Positions 41,983 to 53,636 of a DNA stretch of 64,000 bases are shown here, piece after piece. Origin of the DNA: an uncultured Methanosarcinaceae archaeon (GTDB taxonomy: Archaea > Halobacteriota > Methanosarcinia > Methanosarcinales > Methanosarcinaceae); the NCBI GenBank assembly GCA_963727895.1, contig CAVSHT010000009.1, forward strand, positions 32,001-96,000. The letters run 5' to 3'. The notes under the pieces were generated by a model that did not search any database, was not told the DNA's origin, and saw only the letters and a program-made list of their open reading frames with translations. The stretch's first letter is position 1. Each line of letters opens with the position of its first letter. The translations under genes and the position numbers were made by a program.

Positions 41983-43679
41983 TTATTGTACCAAACAACC
42001 TGTTTTGACTAATTCAGCTAACTTTAGCATTGAAGAATCGCAGTTAGTGAGCAACTCCCCAAAGTGTAAACGAAGACCTCCTTTTGGCGGAGTTCCACCA
42101 TGATGCGCAACGATAGCAGAACGAAGTTGCCAAAGTTCATTAAGTGGATTAATTATTGTCTTTATATCTTCTTGAGAAATTGAGATATTTTCTAGTATTT
42201 TCCCTAATTGTTTAATTGAAGCAAGACCTTTATCACGACAACCTTTTGTTTCAGCAAGTTTGTTTATATATGAAGTATTTAAGTCTTTGACAATAATCTG
42301 AGAAAGTGATAGAATTTGATCTTCCCATTCTTTACGTGACTCTGTGACTACATAGCCTAAGGATGTCAAGTCCCGTGTTTCTGAAATATTTGGCATTTCC
42401 CATATAGGGCATGGATTTTTCTGTTCATCATGCTGTGGGAATTGTTTGATAGTTATCTTTAGTGAGCTCAGGGGATCGTAGGATGTATCCCATTGACCTT
42501 CAAAGTATGTCTTAAAAGAACGCTGGGAGATTCCAGCTTTCGGTGACTCATTAAAGGATTTCCAATATAATTGTTCTTTAAATGGGAGATGGCTCAAATC
42601 ACATATGTAAACATGGATTTGTCCTTCTTCATTGATATCATATCGTAATGACCAAGCACCTTTACTCTCAATGCAGCGATCATGTATTTTGTAACGTGAA
42701 GGGTCTTGACGATATTTAGATAGAATATCAGGCTTGAAAAAAGCTGGTGACGTCCCAAAAAGATAATCTGAATCTACAAAATAATTTCCAATTTTCTCTG
42801 GATTAGAAGTCCATTCTTGTTCGATCCCATGTTTCCAGTCCCATATGACAAAACTGGCATATTCACGAAGTTCTTTTTCCTTGAGTTTCAATAGCAGTTC
42901 CTCACGAGGTTTCTTACAACGAATGATTTGGACGCCACGAAGGAAACTTGCCAGAGGTTTGTTAGGATCTCCTCTCAGTGTACGAATTGCATAAATCTCG
43001 TGTTCTTCTTCTATCATCTTTTTTCTAGTTCATTCCCGGATAAACTAAATCCCCAATCTAATGATCTAGATACATCAAATAATCTGACTAAACAGGCATC
43101 AGCTAAGAATAAGTAAAAATCTAGTTCTTCTTCACGGAGTGTACACAAGGTAAGGTTATCTTGTTGAATCCAGTTAGCAATTGGTACGATATCTCCAAAT
43201 TAATTCAGTTTACACCAAGCATGTTTCTCCTCAACCCAATGAATATCAAGAACGTGACTAATAAATTGATTGATTTCAATATACGCTTCGTTACTTTTGT
43301 AACCGTGAAAATCTCTCCGAAAGAACAAGAGCAAGCTATCATCGAGTATTTTTGAACCCACATTTTCAATTGGATTGCAAAGGAATGGAACACACTCATC
43401 ATTTGAAAAGGAATATCCATAACCGTAACCGCTACTTACCATGAGATTCCATTTAAGAAGGTCTTCAATATATTCATCCTTCAGCTTTTCTAATGGAACA
43501 ATTAATGAGTAAATAAAAAAATTTTTTTCGCTGATGTATATGGGAAGTTCATCGTCGATGGTATTGAGCAAGAAGCTTAAGGAATCTTCTTGACTGTGCC
43601 AAATTTTAAGATTTTCCTGTGACGAATCAAGGGGCATTTGTTGCTGTTGTAAATAACTTATCTGATTCTTTAATCTCAT
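41983..43679 (-). pseudogene. Hypothetical ~560 aa protein with a C-terminal RxxxxxH (HEPN-like) motif, disrupted
   Basis: ATG at 43679 with GGAG upstream; in-frame TAA at 43200-43202 with an open frame beyond; -1 in the run at 43019-43024; C-terminal LWQLRSAIVAHH. Confidence 0.65.
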
Positions 43680-43825
43680 ATGCTCCACTCCAAGAACTTT
43701 GCAATTTATTTCGTAGCAGCTCTCCTGAAGCCAACATAGGCAACAGCCTATAGGCATCTTTTCAACGTTTATAGGGGAACAGATCAACCAACAAATAGGA
43801 AACTTCTAAAGTTAGTTTTTACCAC

Positions 43826-45019
43826 TCAATATACCGGAATCAGTCCTGGGTTGTCGCCGGTAATGCATTCCCCACCTTGATCGGTTACTATAAATGTATT
43901 TTCGATTCCTACCATCCCAATATTTTCAATTCCTTTTTTAGGTTCAAGGGCAAATACCATTCCTTCCTGGAGGGGCTCATCAAACCCTTCTGCAATTACA
44001 GGCAGTTCATCGATTAGCAGTCCAACCGCGTGCCCGAGAAATTTGACTTTACGGTTGCCAAATCCCATGAAGTTATGTAGGAATTCCGAATCGAGATTAC
44101 TTATTATGGTATTGTAGATTTCAGAAGGAATAGATCCAGGTTTTAGCATTGAAGCTGCTTTGTTCTGTAGATCTACACATTTGTTATGGGCATCTATGGC
44201 GTATTGTGGAAGCGAAGAACCAAACATGTATGTTGTCGTTTTATCTGTGTTATAACCTTCAACTCCACATCCGATATCAATGAATACCAGATCTCCTTTT
44301 TTCAGCTTTCTGTCACGACTTCCAATAAGAGGAACCGCAGGACTCATCCCGTAAATTCCGCCAGGACCGTTAAAGTAAGAAGGATAAATCGAGCTTTCAC
44401 CAAAACAGACGTTTCCGAGGACCATTTCGGTATCAAACATCCCAAAACGACATAGTCCATGATGACCTTCTTCAACCATAACTGAATACAGTTCGGTTGA
44501 CAGGCCTACTTCACTCATTCCTTCCTTCAACATTTCAGGTACAAGATCTTCCAGCACATGCTGATGAATCCTTCCAGCTTCTCTTGTTAGCGAGAGTTCA
44601 TATTCGCTTTTTATTGCTCTGACAGCGCAAATTTGAGCGTCAACAGATTTGACATTCTTAAATAGAAAGTGTTTTTGAAACCTCTGGTATAAAGATAGAG
44701 GAACAATTTCAGTTTCAAGGTATACAGTTTCCGGAAGCTCATTTAGATTCTGTGCAGCATCACGAAAACTGCTCATAGGCTTTATATTGGAAAACAAGGA
44801 TTCATCAAGGGCTCTTTCATAGCTGCGGCGTACCCAAAAAGTTGCTTCTCCATTTTTAGGAATGATTAACATTCCATCCTGCATCGTACCTGTAAAATAA
44901 TACAGATTTATTTTGCTGAAGATAACTGCTATTTTCCAGTAGGGGTTTGATATATCCATTCGTTTTTTAAAATTGATCATGCGGTTTTTTAGTTCGGTCA
45001 AAGGTACTTTCTTAATCAT
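43826..45019 (-). CDS. Xaa-Pro aminopeptidase (M24 family)
   Basis: DIG...YNTD, GHAVGL, ALEPK, GIENT metal ligands. Confidence 0.9.
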   Translation of the reverse strand: MIKKVPLTELKNRMINFKKRMDISNPYWKIAVIFSKINLYYFTGTMQDGMLIIPKNGEATFWVRRSYERALDESLFSNIKPMSSFRDAAQNLNELPETVYLETEIVPLSLYQRFQKHFLFKNVKSVDAQICAVRAIKSEYELSLTREAGRIHQHVLEDLVPEMLKEGMSEVGLSTELYSVMVEEGHHGLCRFGMFDTEMVLGNVCFGESSIYPSYFNGPGGIYGMSPAVPLIGSRDRKLKKGDLVFIDIGCGVEGYNTDKTTTYMFGSSLPQYAIDAHNKCVDLQNKAASMLKPGSIPSEIYNTIISNLDSEFLHNFMGFGNRKVKFLGHAVGLLIDELPVIAEGFDEPLQEGMVFALEPKKGIENIGMVGIENTFIVTDQGGECITGDNPGLIPVY

Positions 45020-45227
45020 GGGGATCTCTTTAGGTTATCTGTTATCAATTATAGAAATGTAACTCAGAATAGTGAAAAATGAAAACTAGAAGATCTGTCG
45101 TAGAAAACGTTACTAATAATAAATTTAATATGTAAAATAGTATTAAACCTATATCATAATAAACATTAGATTTTGTTAACAAGTTATTGTCATCAAGTTG
45201 AAGTTAAAAAATCGATGAGATAAAAGT

Positions 45228-46619
45228 ATGAGTAAATCGAAAGAACAAGACTCTCTTATACTAGATCATATTCTGAATGAAACTCAGTATAACAATGTTC
45301 CAAAAAGTTCCGGAGTCTTTATCAGTTACAGTCACGACTCTAGTAAACATGAAGAATGTGTGTTGCAACTTTCAAATCGCTTATGTAGAGAAGGAATTGA
45401 TTCTAATATAGATCAGTACGAAACCTCTCCTTCTGAAGGATGGCCCCGCTGGATGGTCAATCAAATAGATGAAGCTGATTATGTTCTTATAGTATGTACA
45501 GAGAACTATGAAAAACGATTTAAGGGTAAAGAGGAAGCTGGAAAGGGACTTGGAGCAAAGTGGGAAGGCGCGATTATTACACAAGAGCTATACTACTCTG
45601 AAGCTAACAATAAATGTATCCCTATTGTATTTTCTCTTGAAAATTCAAAATATATTCCTTCTATTCTAAAACATGTTACTTACTACAACCCTAGTACAGA
45701 GGAAGATTACATTAAGCTTTATAGCCGTCTTACAGGTCAAAAACTTATTGAAAAACCAGCTATTGGAAAATTAAGGCAGATACCACCAAAAAACATATCT
45801 TCCGTTTTAAGTGCAGAAGATAAAGAAGAAAATTTAATTGAGAGCAAAAAGAAACCTGTAATTGGGAAATTAAGGGAAATAAATAGTGAATCTCAGAGCC
45901 CCAAGATTCCTGAAACTTTCATTAGTGATATTACAGGTATGGAATTTGTTTTGATCCCTGCAGGTGAATTTATGATGGGATCACAAAAGAAAGCTGGTGT
46001 TTTAAATTTTCTAAGGAACTCTACTGAATCCCCAGCTCATGAAGTAACCATTGAGCATCATTTCTATCTCGGTAAATTTCCAGTTACTCAGAAACAGTGG
46101 ATTGCAGTAATGAGTGAAAATTCTTCTAAAATTAAAGACAATAACCGACCAGTAGAAAATATTTTATGGGAGGAAACTCAAGAATTTATTAAACAACTCA
46201 ATGAAATAGAAGGAACTGACAAGTACCGTTTGCCCTCTGAGACTGAATGGGAATACGCCTGTGGAGCTGGTACACAAACAAAGTATTCGTTTGGAGATAA
46301 TGATTCAAAGCTTAATGAATATGCGTGGTACTTTGGTTCCAGTACTACTCAACCAATCGGCAAAAAAGAACCAAATCCCTGGGGTCTTTATGACATGTAT
46401 GGTAATGTGTTCGAACGTGTTCAGGACACTTGGCATAGTAACTATATTGGTGCTCCTTCAGATGGTAGCGCACGGAAAGATAGGGATTCCTCCTGCCAAC
46501 CGATTCGTGGTGGTGCTTTTCATAGTTTTGCAAGAAATTGCAATTCAGCATATCGTTTAAGCGCTAAATTTACTTCTCGAAAAAATGATATCGGGCTTCG
46601 TCTTTTAAGAGAACTATAA
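45228..46619 (+). CDS. SEFIR/TIR domain fused to an FGE-sulfatase (C-type lectin fold) domain
   Basis: VFISYSHDS..H...V..L...L...GID..IDQY...GWPRWM..QI.EADYVLIVCT; then EFVLIPAGEFMMGS, YRLPSETEWEYA, PNPWGLYDM.GNV, RGG, GLRL. Confidence 0.88.
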   Translation: MSKSKEQDSLILDHILNETQYNNVPKSSGVFISYSHDSSKHEECVLQLSNRLCREGIDSNIDQYETSPSEGWPRWMVNQIDEADYVLIVCTENYEKRFKGKEEAGKGLGAKWEGAIITQELYYSEANNKCIPIVFSLENSKYIPSILKHVTYYNPSTEEDYIKLYSRLTGQKLIEKPAIGKLRQIPPKNISSVLSAEDKEENLIESKKKPVIGKLREINSESQSPKIPETFISDITGMEFVLIPAGEFMMGSQKKAGVLNFLRNSTESPAHEVTIEHHFYLGKFPVTQKQWIAVMSENSSKIKDNNRPVENILWEETQEFIKQLNEIEGTDKYRLPSETEWEYACGAGTQTKYSFGDNDSKLNEYAWYFGSSTTQPIGKKEPNPWGLYDMYGNVFERVQDTWHSNYIGAPSDGSARKDRDSSCQPIRGGAFHSFARNCNSAYRLSAKFTSRKNDIGLRLLREL

Positions 46620-46755
46620 CTTTTTTATTTCTTGTTTAGATTTCCTGAGTACAGAATTAAAACTTTCACATTTCCTATTATGTTTTAACAAAAAGCTTGA
46701 ACTTTCACCAGAAACAAAAGGTAAGAAACAAAGGAATTTTTGAAAAGGGTTAATT

Positions 46756-47295
46756 ATGTTAAGAAAATTTGAAGATCTTATTGGAACGGCTTCAGGAATG
46801 GGGCTGAAGGCATATCTCTTGGACGCAGGAGATGTCCCGGTTGAGAACAGAGTTGCTTTGAAGTGTGCCTATGGTTGCAAAGGTTATGGGTGTAGATTAA
46901 GTTGCCCACCATATATTATGTCAATTGATGATTTTAAAAAAGTTATAAAGGAATATAGTAGTGCGCTTTTACTTGTAGATGAACATGACACTTCGCAGGT
47001 TCCAGAAATCACGAAAGCCTGGGAGGAAATTCGCAAGGACTCTTTCCATAAAATGTTAGATTTTGAACATCAAGCTTTCAGGGAAGGTTTTACATTTGCT
47101 CATCTCCTCAGGCCAGGTTCCTGCAACGAATGTGATGTTTGCAACCTTGAAAAGTGCATAAAGCCGGAGATGAGGCGTTTTGCACCTGAAGCTGTAGGAA
47201 TAAACCTCCAAAAAGCGATGGAAAAAGCAGGAATTATACTTGAGTTCTGCAAGCCCAAAAAAATCGAATGTATTGGAATTTTGCTGCTTGAATAA
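46756..47295 (+). CDS. DUF2284-like Cys-rich metal-binding protein
   Basis: KC.YGC.GYG..LSCPP, GSC.EC..C, PEAVGI. Confidence 0.8.
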   Translation: MLRKFEDLIGTASGMGLKAYLLDAGDVPVENRVALKCAYGCKGYGCRLSCPPYIMSIDDFKKVIKEYSSALLLVDEHDTSQVPEITKAWEEIRKDSFHKMLDFEHQAFREGFTFAHLLRPGSCNECDVCNLEKCIKPEMRRFAPEAVGINLQKAMEKAGIILEFCKPKKIECIGILLLE

Positions 47296-47579
47296 AGTTA
47301 AGTGGGAATAAATCAAGCACATTAAAAAAATGTTAAAACATTTTCAGGAAAAATCGAAATTAAGAGAAATTCCAGCTTACACATAGAGAATTAATAAAAA
47401 ATGTAGTTCAATGTTACTGAAAAATATATTTGATAGTTTGATAAATTGTATAGATTTAAATTCGCCATAAATAATATTTTATTTTTGGCTACCGTAATAT
47501 GATTACCGAAGACAGAAGTTATATTAACTCCCCGATATATTTTTATGGAAAATAATAGCAAACTGGAGGTATTTTCAAA

Positions 47580-48287
47580 TTGAGTGCTGAAAAATTAAAA
47601 ATAGCTGTCTTAGGAGGAACTGGCAATATAGGAGAAGGTATGGTTCTCAGACTAGCCCTTCAAAACCTTATGGCTGAAGGCGTAAAGAACGAGATAATTA
47701 TAGGGTCAAGATCAAAGGAATCTGCCGATGAAGCTGTAAAAAAAGATTTAGCCGAACTTGAGAATTGCGGGTTTGATACCTCAGAAATAACTATTACAGG
47801 AAACGACAACCTTGAAGCTGCGAAGGCAGCCGAAATAATAATTGTTACTCTTCGTTTTGACAATGTTTTACCTTTGCTGCATGAGATTCGTGAAGCTCTT
47901 GAAAATAAAATTCTTATCACTCCTGTAGTCCCTATGATAAAGGAAGGAGACCTGTTTGTATACAAACCTCCAGTAGAAGGTTCAGCTGCTCTTGCAATTC
48001 AGAAAAACGTTCCAGCTTCAACAAAAGTTGTTGCAGCTTTCCAGAATATTCCAGCAGGAAAATTAAAAGACATTGCCAAGTGCAAAGCTGTACACAATGC
48101 ATTAGTATGCGGTGATGATGAAGAATCAAAGAAGCTGGTCATTAAGCTTACAGAGCATATGGGATGCCTGAAGCCCCTGGATGGAGGTCCACTTAAACAG
48201 GCAAATACTATGGAATCGCTTACACCATTGCTGATAAACCTTGGAAGACTTAATGGACTTAAAGATCTTGGAATAAACTTTTCATGA
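47580..48287 (+). CDS. fno: NADPH-dependent F420 reductase
   Basis: GGTGNIGEG, IGSR, VVAAFQNIPA, CGDD, DGGPL. Confidence 0.88.
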   Translation: MSAEKLKIAVLGGTGNIGEGMVLRLALQNLMAEGVKNEIIIGSRSKESADEAVKKDLAELENCGFDTSEITITGNDNLEAAKAAEIIIVTLRFDNVLPLLHEIREALENKILITPVVPMIKEGDLFVYKPPVEGSAALAIQKNVPASTKVVAAFQNIPAGKLKDIAKCKAVHNALVCGDDEESKKLVIKLTEHMGCLKPLDGGPLKQANTMESLTPLLINLGRLNGLKDLGINFS

Positions 48288-48606
48288 AAATTTATAAATG
48301 AGTTATATTTATATTACACTAAATATAATATACCAATAGGCATAGGTTTTACGGAATTCCATATAAGAACCTCTGCCTGAGGTATAAGTATAAACTCATT
48401 AACAGATTATTGAAAAGATAACTCTTTTTACTCAAAGTTGCCAATTTTAATTCAAATTCTTTATCCATATTTTCAATTTCAAATAGATTTAGGTTATGTT
48501 AAATATTATGAAGGTAATAACCAGCATGAGGAAAATCTTTAAGAAAAGAGCTGACAAGTGAAAAATCTGGAAAAAGGCTTTTATGAAAAGATGTGTTGGA
48601 AAGAAG

Positions 48607-48644
48607 CCTGTATATTATGAAGTTTCCTGTATATTATAAAGTTT
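48607..48644. repeat. 19-bp tandem duplication upstream of hdrC
   Basis: cctgtatattatgaagttt / cctgtatattataaagttt. Confidence 0.8.
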
Positions 48645-48743
48645 CAGAAACCATTTTCAGCTGTGGAGTTTTCTCTTAATCTATTGTTTTTTACTTTTCG
48701 TCTCTAATAAGGATGAACCAACTAAATCAGACAGTGAATCTGT

Positions 48744-49229
48744 ATGAGTGAAGAATTGCCAAAAGTGTTAAAGGCGGCAGGGCTTGATTTACTTTCCTGC
48801 ATGCAGTGTGGCATATGCACAGGGAGTTGTCCTTCAGGAAGACACACCGGGCTCAATACGCGAAGAATTCTTCGGGAAGCGCGCAAGAATAGGGCAACAG
48901 TCCTATCCGATGATGCCCTCTGGCTCTGTACAACCTGCTACACCTGCCAGGAACGCTGCCCGCGTGAAATACCAATAACTGATGCTCTCCTTGAGATCAG
49001 AAGACTTGCTGTAAAAAAAGGTTTCATGCTTCCAGAACATAAGAAGGTCTCAGAGATGGTCATGGAGTATGGGCATTCAGTCCCTCTTGATGAAGAAACA
49101 AAAATAAAGAGGGAAGAACTAGGGCTCGATCCCATACCTACGACAGTTCAAAAGTATCCTGAAGCTCTTCAAGAGGTAAGGAAGCTTCTCAAAGCATGTA
49201 AATTTGATGAGCTGGTATCTGAAAAATAA
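48744..49229 (+). CDS. hdrC: Heterodisulfide reductase subunit C
   Basis: CMQCGICTGSCP and CTTCYTCQERCP. Confidence 0.93.
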   Translation: MSEELPKVLKAAGLDLLSCMQCGICTGSCPSGRHTGLNTRRILREARKNRATVLSDDALWLCTTCYTCQERCPREIPITDALLEIRRLAVKKGFMLPEHKKVSEMVMEYGHSVPLDEETKIKREELGLDPIPTTVQKYPEALQEVRKLLKACKFDELVSEK

Positions 49230-49240
49230 GGAGGCAGAAC

Positions 49241-50143
49241 ATGAAAAAATTATCACTATTTCTTGGATGCATTATACCAAATCGTTATCCTGGTATTGAA
49301 AAAGCAACTAAACTCTGCCTTCAGACTCTTGATATCGATGTATCAGATCTGCCAGAAGCCTCCTGCTGTCCTGCTCCAGGAGTCTTCAAATCCTTTGATA
49401 AAGCAACCTGGCTTGCCCTTGCCAGTCGAAATATCGTTCTTTCAGAAAAACTCGATCGAGACATTCTTACAGTATGCAACGGCTGCTACGGCTCTTTGGC
49501 AGATGCTAATTTAGAACTGAAAAAAGATCCAGAGCTGAAGGAATCCACTAACAAATGCCTTAAGGAAATAGGTATGGAATTTAGAGGCACTGTAGAGGTA
49601 AGACACATCGTAGAATTTTTGTATAAAGAATTTGGATCTGAGAAGCTTAAAGAACATATAAAAACCCATCTTGACCTTAAAGTTGCACTTCACTATGGAT
49701 GTCATCTTATTAAACCTTCAAGAGACAGGAAACTTGGAGAAACAGAAGCTCCGGTTTTTTTTGATGAACTTGTTGAAGCTACTGGTGCAAAAAGTGTAGA
49801 TTATACCGACAAAATGATGTGCTGTGGAGCAGGAGGAGGAGTTCGTTCAGGGCACGCTATTGAATCTCTTGAGATGCTCGAACATAAACTCTTCTGTATT
49901 CAACAAGCAGGAGTAGACTGTATTGTCAATGCATGTCCTTTCTGTCATCTGCAATTTGATAGGGGACAGCTTGCAGTAAATGAAAAATTTGGAAAAGAGT
50001 ACTCGATTCCGGTTCTCCATTATTCTCAGCTATTAGGTCTTGCTCTTGGTTTTTCTCCATCTGATCTTGGAATTGAGCAGAACGCAGTTCAGAATATTGA
50101 GTTTCTTGCAAAAATCTATGAGATCAGCACAGGTCTAAAATGA
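49241..50143 (+). CDS. hdrB: Heterodisulfide reductase subunit B
   Basis: Two CCG domains (SCCPAPG, CNGC, HYGCH, CCGAGGG, CPFC). Confidence 0.94.
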   Translation: MKKLSLFLGCIIPNRYPGIEKATKLCLQTLDIDVSDLPEASCCPAPGVFKSFDKATWLALASRNIVLSEKLDRDILTVCNGCYGSLADANLELKKDPELKESTNKCLKEIGMEFRGTVEVRHIVEFLYKEFGSEKLKEHIKTHLDLKVALHYGCHLIKPSRDRKLGETEAPVFFDELVEATGAKSVDYTDKMMCCGAGGGVRSGHAIESLEMLEHKLFCIQQAGVDCIVNACPFCHLQFDRGQLAVNEKFGKEYSIPVLHYSQLLGLALGFSPSDLGIEQNAVQNIEFLAKIYEISTGLK

Positions 50144-50250
50144 AAGTTTGTTGAATATCCTGTAACAAGTTCTATTGAATATTCTGTAACAGATGTTTCA
50201 ATTAACAATTAAAGATCAAAAAATATGTAAGAAATATATTTTTTGGTTTT

Positions 50251-50787
50251 TCAAAAACTCTTAAATTTTTGATTTTCATCTTGCATATACCACAGACATT
50301 TCTGTTTCCATTTGCAAGTCCCGCAGACTTCTTCAATATTGGATATATTACTCAAGTGTGAATTGATTAACCTGAAGGCTTCATCTGCCTTCATAATTGA
50401 TCCTTCTGTTATCTTCAATTTCTTCATTACGAGTAAATCCATATTTCGAATTCTATGAGATGAAACTGATTTCTGGGCAGTACATTCATTTTTGTTTGGG
50501 CAGGAAGCACAGATTACATCACATTTGGATACTAGCTCCAGATGTAGTAAAGGAGAATTCTTGATGTCCGAAATTATGGCTCGCATATTGGTTACAAAAG
50601 AAGGGCTGTATCCATATCCTTGAAAACCCTGCATACAACACAGATGATGAGCTCTGATCTTTAAAAATTTAGACTCGGTTTTAAAATCAGATTTAACTGT
50701 TTTTGTTTTTTTTGAGCATGTTTGTTTCCAAGACTTTAAGTCACGGAACAAAAAAGAAATGTTGCTAAACTCATTCAATAATGTCAA
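50251..50787 (-). CDS. DUF1284-like protein (start uncertain)
   Basis: RAHHLCC..GFQG.GYS..F, D.IC..CP, C..C.W...C. Confidence 0.8.
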   Translation of the reverse strand: MTLLNEFSNISFLFRDLKSWKQTCSKKTKTVKSDFKTESKFLKIRAHHLCCMQGFQGYGYSPSFVTNMRAIISDIKNSPLLHLELVSKCDVICASCPNKNECTAQKSVSSHRIRNMDLLVMKKLKITEGSIMKADEAFRLINSHLSNISNIEEVCGTCKWKQKCLWYMQDENQKFKSF

Positions 50788-51304
50788 CTCTTGAATCAGC
50801 TAATTGAGGTAATTCCTGAATAGGCAATGCTATAGAAGGAGCTTCAGAATATTTTGCAAAGAGAATATCATAACCTGTTTTAAGTCCCAACATTATATTG
50901 AGATTAGTATGGTCGTTATTCAGGAGTAGAGCTTGACCTATAGGATTACAAGCTGCTTCAAATTCCAGGTCATTAGATTTTTTAATTCCAAGACTGGTTT
51001 TTTCGAAGCTGCAGACTTTACAACAAACTGAAAAGACCTCAAAATATTTTGAAAGGATTTCATAAACAAGCTTTGCTTCTCTCTCATACTCTATGCAGAA
51101 AGCGATTCCTATTTTTTTATAATCAAGCTTTTTTGCATAAATAGTTACTTCCTCTAATTTGGTTCTTTTTATATGATATGATTCAAGCCATGAAGATATT
51201 TGGATTGCCTTAAGATTATCTCCTGTATACTCAAGCCCAGATTTAATCACAGAACAGTTTTTACCTTCCATGCATTCCTTGATTCTGCATAACGCGCACT
51301 GCAC
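50771..51304 (-). CDS. DUF1847-like metal-binding protein
   Basis: KIGIAFC, SVCCKV, CNPIGQA; GTG start at 51304. Confidence 0.8.
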   Translation of the reverse strand: MQCALCRIKECMEGKNCSVIKSGLEYTGDNLKAIQISSWLESYHIKRTKLEEVTIYAKKLDYKKIGIAFCIEYEREAKLVYEILSKYFEVFSVCCKVCSFEKTSLGIKKSNDLEFEAACNPIGQALLLNNDHTNLNIMLGLKTGYDILFAKYSEAPSIALPIQELPQLADSRVDIIE

Positions 51305-51952
51305 ACTCTTTTTCTCCCGAATATTTAACGTAAGTAGGATAGTTATGAACACAAATAAGCTCTGAAATAATAAATATTCCTATAAAGGATATAAAAATAT
51401 AGAATTAGAGTTTTAGGCGTAAAAATAAGAAAAATTAATACAAAAATTATGAAACATCTATTTTTATGTAAGGAGGCTGTTCATATTTATGTCCAGCTTT
51501 TGTGTAGACATTTTTTGTTGTCGCTTTTTTGAAGAGTCTTGCAACACAGCCAGTTAAATCTCTAAAAATGCTTTCTGTATCTACAAACACTCAAGTTCCA
51601 TGAATCAAATATGTAAATCTACACTATTTCCCTTTTGAGCTATTTTCCACCACCACTTTTGCAGAGATTTAAAAGAAATAATCTCAAGTTTATTATATAT
51701 CATTTATATTTGTCAGATACATTTTCTACATATTTACTTATTACCATATATGCTTGTTTGTTCAAAATTCTGCTAAGTAATTATTTTAGTATATGTCATT
51801 TTGATAAACACTCATACTTTCATGAAAATAGAATAAACTTTCTGCACATATACTGCTTTAAATTTCACTCCATTTGTGCAGAAATAGTTATAATTTTCCT
51901 CTTGAACAGAGAAATTGTTATATATTTATTCTACAATGTGCATAAGTAACCT

Positions 51953-52294
51953 ATGAAAAAATGCAGAGGAAGACCAAAGTGCCCCAGGCGTGTTGAGCAG
52001 AACGCCCAGATATCACATATTTCAAACCCAGAGGAGTTCCACTATCAGATCTTGAGGTTGTATCCATCACAGTTGAAGAGCTTGAGGCTCTGAGGCTTGT
52101 AGACGTTGAAGGCCTCAAGCAGGAAGATGCAGCCATCAGGGTTGGAATCTCAAGAAGAGCTTTCTGGGAAGATCTGAAAGCTGCCAGAATGAAAATAGCT
52201 CTGGCCCTTACCACAGGAAAAGCGTATCGAAATAAAAGGCGGTAACTATATCAGCGCTGAAAACGCTGACATTAGTGAAGATGCTGACACTTGA
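51953..52294 (+). CDS. DUF134 HTH protein with three single-base insertions
   Basis: Reconstructed [10 protein letters not shown]...YFKPRGVP...[18 protein letters not shown]...GISR...ALTTGKAIEIKGG; not in the ORF track. Confidence 0.8.
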
Positions 52295-52381
52295 TGTTGA
52301 CACATTTAATGCTGACACTTAAAAGAGAAAATTGAAAACCCTGAAAGTGAAAAATGCGGAAATTTTATATAGGCGATAAAA

Positions 52382-53225
52382 ATGACAGATAAGGTTCAAC
52401 CACTTGAAAGCTTGTCGAAAAAGCCAGAGGAACCAAAAATAGTAGTCAACCTCAGGCGCATCAAACGCAAGATCATGATAATGAGCGGAAAAGGAGGAGT
52501 AGGAAAAAGTACAGTTGCAGCAAACCTAGCTGTCGGGCTGGCCCTGCGTGGATATAGAGTTGGGCTTCTTGACTGCGATATTCATGGTCCAACCATTCCC
52601 ACAATTTTCGGGTTAGAATCTCAAAGGCCTGATGTTACTGAAGAAGGTATTCTCCCAATTCAGGTACTAGCCAATCTTTCAGTAATGTCTATTGGCTTTC
52701 TGCTTGAAAATAAGGATTCTCCTATAATCTGGAGAGGGCCTGCCAAAATGGGAGCAATCAAACAATTTTTAGAAGAGGTTTACTGGGGAGACACTCGATT
52801 TTCTTATTATAGACTTGCCCCCTGGTACAGGAGACGAACCACTGAGTGTTGCCCAACTAATCCCTAATTGCGATGGTTCGGTGCTTGTTACAACTCCTCA
52901 GGATGTAGCTCTCATTAGTGTTCGAAAATCAATCAAATTTTCAGAAAAACTCAATGTACCTATTATAGGGCTTGTTGACAATATGCATGGGCTTATTTGC
53001 CCTCACTGCGGTAAGTCAATAGAGATATTCGGAACTGGAGGCGTGGAAAAAGCCTCAGCAGATTTCAATGTTCCTATTCTTGCTAGACTTCCTATTGAAC
53101 CCAAAGTAGCAGAAATGGAAGATAAAGGCACTGTTGTCCAGGGTTTACTTGAACACAATACTGAATGGCAGAAAAACTTCGAAGATGTTGTAACAGCAGT
53201 CGAAAAAACTCTGAAGGAAAATTAA
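52382..53225 (+). CDS. mrp: Mrp/NBP35 Fe-S carrier ATPase; +1 frameshift near 52790
   Basis: SGKGGVGKST, IWRGP, DLPPGTGD, VTTPQ, CPHC. Confidence 0.88.
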
Positions 53226-53636
53226 GTAATGTAAAAGGCGAAAAATGTACCTATAATTCAAGGATTGCCCCGATTTTTTAAATAAGCTGGTCTTATGAAA
53301 GACTAACTTATTTTTCAATGAATTGATTTAGATTATCATATATAGTGAGTTTGAGATTTATAGTAACGTAGAGAGTTATGAAATTCAGGGATCTATTTTA
53401 AAAACAGTGAGAACTCTTTTTACTTGGCAAATATTTTCATTCCATACGGTTAATTATTTGAAGCTTATAGATAATTCTATTTCAATATTACAATAGGAAT
53501 TATAATTTTACAATAAACAGAAAACGATGATAATTTGTGAAATTCGTAAATTATTGTCACATAATATATAGTTATTATATGAGATTATTAATCACATAAT
53601 CTGTAAATATACAAATTAAAGACTAATGATGAGAAT

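Noticed and set aside
51474..51551. Possible IS-end remnant or MITE (ggctgt...acagcc)
   Set aside because: Only a 6-bp inverted match, no TSD and no second copy.
52255..52320. Short gctgacac-like repeats at the end of the DUF134 gene
   Set aside because: Irregular spacing and very short units; consistent with local slippage.
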